Assembly: GCF_020696975.1 (NCBI RefSeq)
Contig: NZ_JAJGBK010000017.1
Location: 4,804-68,803 of the forward strand
Reading direction: 5' to 3'
DNA from: Methanoculleus sp.
GTDB lineage: Archaea > Halobacteriota > Methanomicrobia > Methanomicrobiales > Methanoculleaceae
Length of the DNA stretch: 64,000 nt
Shown: positions 40,970 to 47,706 of the stretch, piece after piece
Position numbering within the stretch: the first letter of the stretch is position 1
How the letters are laid out: each line of letters begins with the position of its first letter
Notes under the pieces: model-generated
The model's input: only the letters and a program-made list of their open reading frames with translations
Told to the model about the DNA's origin: nothing
The model's database searches: none
Translations under genes and position numbers: made by a program

Positions 40970-41273
40970 TTGTTCGTGAATTCCCACCGGGGAAATACAC
41001 TCGAATCAGTATCTTCATGCCCGACGTATGCATCCGATTCCTTCAGAGAAGGTTCAATCGCAATGAAAATCACCCTTTAGGTGGTCATGGGAATTTTTTG
41101 GGGCGAAATAATGAATTGCCTGCTTGTCTGTTTTCGTACGTTTTCGCTGTGCTCATCGACAAACCAAGAGGTATAATCCGTCGATTACTATGTCTTGGTT
41201 CTCGTCCATGGCAGGAAATGAAGATAATCGACGATGCTTCCGTACCTTACACAGGAAAAAGGCACATGCGATT

Positions 41274-42011
41274 TCACGTTTTCTTGCCCCGGAGGACCAG
41301 CAATGCTCCTAATACCCCAATGATACCAGTATGAAGACCGAATCCCGGAACTTCCTGGCCTGACGGTTCCAATTCCAGGTCAAGTTCGTTCGTCAGATTT
41401 CCAAAGACAATCTTGCGCTGGAGGGGCTGGTAGCCCTCTTTCTGAACGATGATGGTCTGATCGTACCCGATCGCGTTTTCGATCAGATACCTGCCATCTC
41501 TTCCGGTTGTGTTTGTCACCGAGAAGATTTCATCATCCAGCGCAAATCTCATCTCAAATCTCACAGATGCATTGGGAATCGGGTTGCCTTCAGGGTCTGT
41601 CACCCTGCCCGAAACGGTGATCGCCGGCGGCGGAGGGATTCCAGTGTGCCTGGTCACGTTCAGAGTTTTTTCCGCTCGGTTTCCGAGGTTATCGGTCGCT
41701 ATGACCGTGATTCTGTTCTTCCCCGTAGAGACCGGCACGGAGCATGCGAACTTCGTCTCGTTCCCGCATGAAACCTCCCCTACCCCGCTTTGAACAACCA
41801 CGCTCCGTATGCCGGAAGGGGCATCGGCCTCGCCGATAACCACAACGTGAGGCGGAACGACATCGATCCAAACTTCATCACCGTCATTCGGGGAGATGAT
41901 TGTAAGATTTATCGGTTCCCCGATGGAAGCCGTATTTTCAGATGGAAGGCCCGAGCAGACTGCAGGATACGCGATAATCGCTAGTATGGCAACAATCAAA
42001 GATATGCGCAT
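41274..42011 (-). CDS. Exported Ig-like + carboxypeptidase-regulatory-like domain protein with PGF-CTERM anchor
   Basis: Signal MRISLIVAILAIIAYPAVCSG. ITVSGRVTDPEGNPIPNASV (CarboxypepD_reg-like). C-terminal EVPGFGLHTGIIGVLGALLVLRGKKT. Lies 19 nt downstream of the metalloprotease gene. Confidence 0.7.
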   Translation of the reverse strand: MRISLIVAILAIIAYPAVCSGLPSENTASIGEPINLTIISPNDGDEVWIDVVPPHVVVIGEADAPSGIRSVVVQSGVGEVSCGNETKFACSVPVSTGKNRITVIATDNLGNRAEKTLNVTRHTGIPPPPAITVSGRVTDPEGNPIPNASVRFEMRFALDDEIFSVTNTTGRDGRYLIENAIGYDQTIIVQKEGYQPLQRKIVFGNLTNELDLELEPSGQEVPGFGLHTGIIGVLGALLVLRGKKT

Positions 42012-42030
42012 TACCAATCCCGTCCAAAAA

Positions 42031-43329
42031 TTAGGCTGAGGGGCCCCACGGCGTGCCGTCGAGCGGGTCGAGAATTCCATCATTGTCATAATCGCCCCAA
42101 CCGATGAACCGCCTGCTGGATGTGCTTATCGTCGATGTTTTGTAAGGATCCCTCATAACACTGTTGGTTGACGAAGGGCACGAAACATGATTTGTATTTG
42201 TATACATATCGTGCATCGGGCTGACAGCAAGAATACTGGACTGTCCGCAGGAACTTGCTCCAGCATATTCGTCAAGGGCACCGTAGAGGTGCAATGATTC
42301 GTGTTCATAACTGCCAGGCTGCGAAGCGAATCTTCCGGATGATGATCTACCCCAGTATGAAATCGCAGTTTTATCTGCATAACCTTGGTCAGGACCCACC
42401 GCATAACCGCCCATGTCGTCATGTGTTAGGTAGAGAAGTATGACGGTATCTGCTCCGGACCAACTTTTTGCCGATCTCGCCATGTCATCTGTTGTTCTTC
42501 CATCGCCATTGCTGTCAGAGTAGCCAAGATTTCTTGCTGCTTCTTCCATCCATCCATTTACACCCCAGGCATGGATGTTATCGCCAGTATTTGCTCCAGA
42601 AACGGTTACAGTATAATAACCGCCATCGTTGACAGCGTTGGCACCCGAAGGCGCTTGTTGGCGAATTGCATTTGTTCCGGAATATGCATCACTCAATGCA
42701 TCATCTCGATCCGCCACGGTCCATGCTCCATCGCTGCTTTGGGTTTGGAAGTTAGTGATTAAATACAAATAGTACATTTTTCCATGTGCATAGGGTGCTG
42801 ACTGAGTGCCGGGAGGAATATAGTCCTGAATCCGGTTATCTGGCGCAAAGGTCCCGCCATGATAATTTTGATGATCTTTCACAAGCTGCTCTCTGTGTGA
42901 TCGGATAAATCGATCCGTCTCATCGGCATCAAACCCTAAAACGAGCCCTAGATCTTTCCCAAATTTGTCCAGGTCTGATATGTAATAGTAACGATGATCT
43001 ACATCATAATACCTGATCAACACCTGCTTTTCAAGAATTTGTGAGTATTCCTTGATCTCCTCTTCAGATATACCCCAATTCAACTTTTCATTCCAATAAC
43101 TCAGATAGACTACCGTATTATCGATGATCACTCCATCATCATGTTCCATGAGATGCAATGATTCCGCATCCGGCGGTACAAGCTGCTCCGGTACAGGCAC
43201 ATCAATGCCAATGATGTTTGTGTTTTCACTTTTTCCTTCGCTCGCACTCACTGCCGGCACAACACCCGCGCTCACCAGCAGTACGGCGAGGAGCGCGGAG
43301 AGTGCTCGCATTCCAATGGTTCCATTCAT
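42031..43329 (-). CDS. Secreted zinc metalloprotease (metzincin-like, HExxHxxGxxD)
   Basis: Signal MNGTIGMRALSALLAVLLVSAGVVPAVSA. HESLHLYGALD at 42271-42303. Downstream SVMRDPY is a Met-turn candidate. C-terminal DYDNDGILDPLD is a Ca-binding-like repeat. Confidence 0.7.
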   Translation of the reverse strand: MNGTIGMRALSALLAVLLVSAGVVPAVSASEGKSENTNIIGIDVPVPEQLVPPDAESLHLMEHDDGVIIDNTVVYLSYWNEKLNWGISEEEIKEYSQILEKQVLIRYYDVDHRYYYISDLDKFGKDLGLVLGFDADETDRFIRSHREQLVKDHQNYHGGTFAPDNRIQDYIPPGTQSAPYAHGKMYYLYLITNFQTQSSDGAWTVADRDDALSDAYSGTNAIRQQAPSGANAVNDGGYYTVTVSGANTGDNIHAWGVNGWMEEAARNLGYSDSNGDGRTTDDMARSAKSWSGADTVILLYLTHDDMGGYAVGPDQGYADKTAISYWGRSSSGRFASQPGSYEHESLHLYGALDEYAGASSCGQSSILAVSPMHDMYTNTNHVSCPSSTNSVMRDPYKTSTISTSSRRFIGWGDYDNDGILDPLDGTPWGPSA

Positions 43330-43622
43330 TTGTTTTTCCTCCTGTAATGTTCCCGGAGGCAGAAGAGGCACACCCTTAAGTACATGGAATGCGAACCACT
43401 CTTTCGCCTTCGGGCAGTAGGGGGTTCACCCGGCCTTGCACGGATGGGGTGAGCCTCCGCGGTTTTGCGAACGCTATTCCAAGCATCCACACAAGGACAT
43501 GGGCGTCGATCTATTTAGAAATTCTGTCAGATTCATTTACACGTTCGCGGATATTTGCCGAAAGTGAACGGAGAGAACCCTCCCCGGAAGACGAGGGCAC
43601 AGGAGAGAACCTATTCTCACGG
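43243..43622 (-). repeat. Cassette copy C: shared upstream region + TATA + 5' leader + signal-peptide codons
   Basis: Direct alignment with copies A and B. Confidence 0.85.
43510..43546 (-). promoter_or_regulatory. Promoter C: GAACGTGTAAATGAATCTGACAGAATTTCTAAATAG (box + TATA)
   Basis: Same box/half-site/TATA layout as B and D. Confidence 0.45.
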
Positions 43623-43816
43623 TGGTATATGCCGCATAGGACGCAGCACCCTCTGACCGCCGCACTTGCGCGCGCCCTGCACCCGAAGTACTGGGTTCTG
43701 TCGATGGACAGGCAGGCCTGCCGGCCGATTGCATAAACTGTATCAGCCATGAGTGACAGTACCTTCAACCTGTACAAAAACCCGTCGAAACCAGAACGCT
43801 CCTGTCCTGAGGTCCC

Positions 43817-44509
43817 ATGAAAAAGAGCCAGATTGTCATCTGGAGCATCCTCATCGCTCTCGTCTTCGTGCATTATTTCTACATGCCCGAGCAGCCCGAG
43901 ATCACCAAGGGAGAGATGCATATCTCTTTTGACTCCCGGGAGTGCCGACCCGACCTGGTTGACCTCTGGAATACGCTTGTACAGGAGCAGGCGTTTTCGA
44001 ACGAGTCGGCCGTGCTCATCCAGCTGAACCAGCATATCAACAAAGACGGAACAGTGCAGTGCACCGAACTCCACTGGATCGGCTACGTAGACGGGGAGGA
44101 GCACGCGTACGAGGTATATGTCCACCAGAGCGGCAACATATATTATAACGACCAGATATTTGACTTCCCCATACAGGGGGTACATCCCCTCGCCATATTA
44201 CGCGAGGTCGACAGGATCGAGTTTGACGATCTTATTCACGGAGAATACAACATAACGCTCACGACGTTCAAACACGACGGTCCAATGACCTACAACAGAA
44301 CCAACGGCGACCTGTACGCCTTCGCGGACGGATCACTCCGTTCCCTGAGGGAGGCCACGTTCTCTTCCGAAGCATCCCGGCATATGATCGAGATCTTCCC
44401 GGAGATCGGGCAGTCGGGCGAGATTACGACCGCAGAGAGCATATCGGATCGCATCATCCTCTTCCCCGAACAGGAGATCGCCCGGGCCGACTCCGTCGTC
44501 CACGCATGA
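43817..44509 (+). CDS. N-terminally membrane-anchored hypothetical protein
   Basis: 230 aa with TM IVIWSILIALVFVHYFY. Protein-like composition, unlike the antisense ORF 43511-44185. The segment VDGEEHAYEVYVHQSGNIYYND is faintly PepSY-like. Confidence 0.5.
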   Translation: MKKSQIVIWSILIALVFVHYFYMPEQPEITKGEMHISFDSRECRPDLVDLWNTLVQEQAFSNESAVLIQLNQHINKDGTVQCTELHWIGYVDGEEHAYEVYVHQSGNIYYNDQIFDFPIQGVHPLAILREVDRIEFDDLIHGEYNITLTTFKHDGPMTYNRTNGDLYAFADGSLRSLREATFSSEASRHMIEIFPEIGQSGEITTAESISDRIILFPEQEIARADSVVHA

Positions 44510-44613
44510 CGTGCAGGCGGCGCCCGGAGACTCTGAACGCATCCTCGATAAGCCACAGGGTGATCCGGGAAAAAGGGCAAACGGTGTAGTTATGGAGAAC
44601 TGCCGAACGGCAA

Positions 44614-45387
44614 TCAGATACCGGTACCGGACACACGCCCCCCGGGGATCGCAGGCTTCCACGATCCGTGGGCTTGTACATACTCTTTCGCATCGGCGCA
44701 GAGATAGTAGCGTACGAACCGTCCTTTCTTCTCGTCTCTGACAATACTGTCCCGGAGCAGCGGTTTCATATGCCAGGTGACGTTCGCGCCCGACATCATG
44801 AGCCGGGACGCGATCTCTTTTCTCGTGCTTCCCGGATGTTGCAAAACGATATTGAGTATCCGACTCTTTGACTGCTCGTTGAGATATCCCGCCACCTTTC
44901 GTTCCAGATCGGGACAGGCGCCCGTGTCGGCGTAATATCTCATACCACTGCAGTTCGGCTCGGGGACGACCGTTCCCATCCTGCATAACATCTCTACGTG
45001 GTAGCGGAGGGTTCCGATATTCATCTCGAGCAACCGGGAGAGAGATCTTGTATTTATCCCCGGATTATCGCGTATGCACAGGTACGCTGCATTCCGGGTT
45101 TCGTTCTCAAGGACGTTATTTTGCAGGACCCTCTTATGGCCGAAATGCAGCCATGCGAGTAGCGAGAATACAAGCTGCATCGGGACAAAGAGCACCGGAA
45201 CGAATATGGATACGAGTCCGAGAATAACAATATCCAGGGGGATATTCCAGACGTACACCGGCATCGGATCCAAAGGCACCCTCTCCGGATATGCGTCCTG
45301 AACGATAGTAGCACATGCGGCAGACGGCAGCAGTGCGAGGCAGAGGATGGCCAGAGCGATTCCGGCAATCCGCACTCGCACGACCAT
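44614..45387 (-). CDS. Membrane-tethered transcriptional regulator with two winged-helix (ArsR/MarR-like) domains
   Basis: Signal/TM MVVRVRIAGIALAILCLALL plus a second TM VILGLVSIFVPVLFVPMQLVF. Then two wHTH-like units: NAAYLCIRDNPGINTRSLSRLLEMNIGTLRYHVEML and RILNIVLQHPGSTRKEIASRLMMSGANVTWHMKPL. TTTTTATT ~27 nt upstream of the ATG suggests a leaderless mRNA. Confidence 0.7.
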   Translation of the reverse strand: MVVRVRIAGIALAILCLALLPSAACATIVQDAYPERVPLDPMPVYVWNIPLDIVILGLVSIFVPVLFVPMQLVFSLLAWLHFGHKRVLQNNVLENETRNAAYLCIRDNPGINTRSLSRLLEMNIGTLRYHVEMLCRMGTVVPEPNCSGMRYYADTGACPDLERKVAGYLNEQSKSRILNIVLQHPGSTRKEIASRLMMSGANVTWHMKPLLRDSIVRDEKKGRFVRYYLCADAKEYVQAHGSWKPAIPGGRVSGTGI

Positions 45388-45470
45388 GGATTTATATAAA
45401 ATCGGTGTCAATAAAAAGATTTGGTTTGGTAGGTGTTCGGCTTTGTTGAAAGCGTGTGAGAGGTAATCAT

Positions 45471-46037
45471 TTAAGCATAAGCATTGCAATTCAAAATATA
45501 CGGAATGGTTTCTGTCACACTCTCTCCATACACTTCAATTCTCCAGGTACCTGATGCAGGGCTGCTTATATCTACGCGGATCCGTCCATCCAGACGTCCG
45601 CCATAATTGTCATGGTACGAACCATACAGGCCCCCATCCGGTCTGTAGATCTCCAATTCCAGGGAGTGGTCCGGGGTAAACCAGTTTAAGTCGACATTCA
45701 GTAAGGACATACCGGCTGGTACATTGAGCAGATGAGTATCAGTCTCCCCCTGTGTGATCGTAAAATACTCACGGGTTCCGTACCCGTCCGCCTGCGAGAG
45801 AAGTCCCGCGACTCCGTCATTTTCGTTTCCGATACCTGTAGCTGAAACCACCGGCACGATGAAGGCGACGACGGCCAGAAGCCTATAATGCGACTGATCT
45901 TCATCAGAATCTACCGATGAGACATCAGTAGACCTCCGTATAAAAATTCTGTCCAATTTCTTTACACGTTTTATATACGCAAGCATTACGTCGATCTCGG
46001 CGCGTGAAAGATCGCCCGAGCGTCTCCGGAATAGCAC
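45471..46037 (-). CDS. Membrane-anchored or secreted protein with pre-peptidase C-terminal (PPC)-like domain
   Basis: Hydrophobic segment YRLLAVVAFIVPVVSATG. PPC-like GETDTHLLNVPAGMSLLNVDLNW...LELEIYRPDG...GTWRIEVYG. The start is uncertain because cassette-type promoter D lies inside the 5' part of the ORF. Confidence 0.5.
   Translation of the reverse strand: MLFRRRSGDLSRAEIDVMLAYIKRVKKLDRIFIRRSTDVSSVDSDEDQSHYRLLAVVAFIVPVVSATGIGNENDGVAGLLSQADGYGTREYFTITQGETDTHLLNVPAGMSLLNVDLNWFTPDHSLELEIYRPDGGLYGSYHDNYGGRLDGRIRVDISSPASGTWRIEVYGESVTETIPYILNCNAYA
45937..45971 (-). promoter_or_regulatory. Promoter-like element D: AAACGTGTAAAGAAATTGGACAGAATTTTTATAC
   Basis: Best match to the B/C box + half-site + TATA layout, but located within ORF 45471-46037. 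Confidence 0.35.
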
Positions 46038-46380
46038 GCAGGATCACGGGCATTCCGCCGAGAACCGTCCACTTCTCACCTTTCTGACGAACAAGCGCAG
46101 TGCGGGAGAGGTGTTGCGCGGAATATTAAACCCCACCTCAAGGGGTTTTTCCGAAAAATAACCGTTGAAGCAAGAGATTACTCACGACGGAACCAGGGCT
46201 CTTTCTCCAATAAAACCCAGACGTGTAAATAATTTGCATATGTTATCAGTTAGTGTAAAAGAGTACCACTGGCTAACCCGCTCCTCTCCCCTTCATTGTT
46301 CTCTCCCGGGCAGGTTCCTGCCCGGCACCGTACCCCCATCAGGTGATCCGGCATCATCCTGACCACCCTGCACTCAGTGC

Positions 46381-47700
46381 GTGGTCACCCCGTTCATGGG
46401 CTCGGCGGTGAACATCGCGCTCCCGTCCATCGCCGCAGAGTTTGCCCTCGACGCCGTATCGCTCAGTCTCGTGGCCTCCTCGTACCTCATCGCGACCGCG
46501 ATCTTCCTCGTCCCGCTCGGGCGGTGCGCCGACATCTACGGGCGCAAACGGGTCTTCACCCTCGGGATCGCGGTCTTCACTGCATCGGCCCTGCTCTCCG
46601 CGCTCGCGACGTCGGGCCCCATGCTCATCGTCTTCCGGTTCCTCGAGGGCATAGGAAGCGCCATGATCTACGGCACCGGGGTCGCCATGATCACGTCGGT
46701 CTTCCCTCCCGAGGAGCGGGGGCGGGTGCTCGGGATCAACGTCACCGCCGTCTACGTCGGCCTCTCTATCGGGCCGCTCCTCGGCGGCTACCTCACCGAG
46801 TTCCTCACCTGGCGAAGCATCTTCTTAACAAACATCCCCCTCGGCATCTACATCATCTATCAGGTCCGCCGCCACCTTGCCGGGGAGTGGGCCGACGCCT
46901 GCGGAGAACGGCTGGACATCGTCGGTTCGGTCTTCTACGGCGCGATGCTTCTTCTCGTGATATACGGATTCTCGCTCCTTCCGGGGCAGGCCGGCGTCGC
47001 GGCAATCGTCGCCGGCGTGGCGTTCTTTGCGGTCTTCTACGCATGGGAGACGAGAGTGGAGAGTCCGGTTCTCAACATCGGCCTCCTCGCATCGAACCGG
47101 GCATTCGCCTTCTCAAACCTCGCCGCCCTGATCAACTACGGCGCAACGTTTGCCGTCGGGTTCCTCCTCTCCATCTACCTCCAGGTGGTCCGGGGGCTCG
47201 ACCCCGGTCTCGCGGGTCTCGTCCTGATCACCCAGCCGGTCGTCCAGGCGCTCTTTGCCGCACCGGCCGGAAGGCTCTCCGACCGGGTCGAGCCCCGGTA
47301 CGTCGCCTCGGCCGGGATGGCACTCACCGCCGCCGGCCTCGCCCTCCTCACGCTTCTCTCCCCGACCACCCCAATGGCCTGGATTGTCGCAAGCCTCGTC
47401 CTCCTCGGGTTCGGGTTCGCCCTCTTCTCCTCCCCGAACACGAACGCCGTCATGAGTTCGGTCGACCGGTCCCTCTACGGACTCGCCTCGGGGATGCTCG
47501 CCACCATGCGGACGACCGGGATGATGTTCTCGCTCGCCATCGCCACCGTTACGTTTGCCCTCTTCATCGGCAGCACCCAGATCGGGCCGGAGGTTCAGGA
47601 GCCGTTCATGACGAGCCTCCGGGTGGCGTTCTCTATCTTCGCCGTCCTCTGCACCGCAGGCATCTTCGCCACCCTCGCCCGCGGCAGGGTGTGGGAGTGA
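46381..47700 (+). CDS. MFS transporter (DHA2/EmrB-like), probably lacking the first TM helix
   Basis: Motifs NIALPSI and GRCADIYGRKRV, and multiple TMs. The ORF opens only at 46363 and starts at a GTG in the middle of what should be TM1. Confidence 0.75.
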   Translation: MVTPFMGSAVNIALPSIAAEFALDAVSLSLVASSYLIATAIFLVPLGRCADIYGRKRVFTLGIAVFTASALLSALATSGPMLIVFRFLEGIGSAMIYGTGVAMITSVFPPEERGRVLGINVTAVYVGLSIGPLLGGYLTEFLTWRSIFLTNIPLGIYIIYQVRRHLAGEWADACGERLDIVGSVFYGAMLLLVIYGFSLLPGQAGVAAIVAGVAFFAVFYAWETRVESPVLNIGLLASNRAFAFSNLAALINYGATFAVGFLLSIYLQVVRGLDPGLAGLVLITQPVVQALFAAPAGRLSDRVEPRYVASAGMALTAAGLALLTLLSPTTPMAWIVASLVLLGFGFALFSSPNTNAVMSSVDRSLYGLASGMLATMRTTGMMFSLAIATVTFALFIGSTQIGPEVQEPFMTSLRVAFSIFAVLCTAGIFATLARGRVWE

Positions 47701-47706
47701 CGCCGG

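Noticed and set aside
41017-41334. Small plus-strand ORFs (105 aa and 62 aa) in the AT-rich spacer upstream of the Trx-CcdA gene
   Set aside because: No motif and poor coding-like composition. The 3' end of the longer one also overlaps the end of the PGF-CTERM gene. The spacer is more likely to be the promoter region for the CcdA-fusion gene.
36538-43622. The three ~380-nt repeats as a CRISPR array or IS-element ends
   Set aside because: The repeats are 3-4 kb apart and far longer than CRISPR repeats. They are all in the same orientation and are fused in frame to gene starts. No cas or transposase genes and no terminal inverted repeats are visible.
43511-44185. 224-aa minus-strand ORF upstream of the metalloprotease promoter
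   Set aside because: It overlaps the plus-strand ORF 43817-44509, which has a clean N-terminal TM anchor and protein-like composition. The minus ORF would also run through cassette promoter C.
34403-46380. The island as an integrated virus or plasmid
   Set aside because: I recognise no integrase, replication, capsid, packaging or conjugation genes, and the content is dominated by exported enzymes. Only the nfnB 3' duplication hints at site-specific integration, so I report it as an accessory island of unknown origin.
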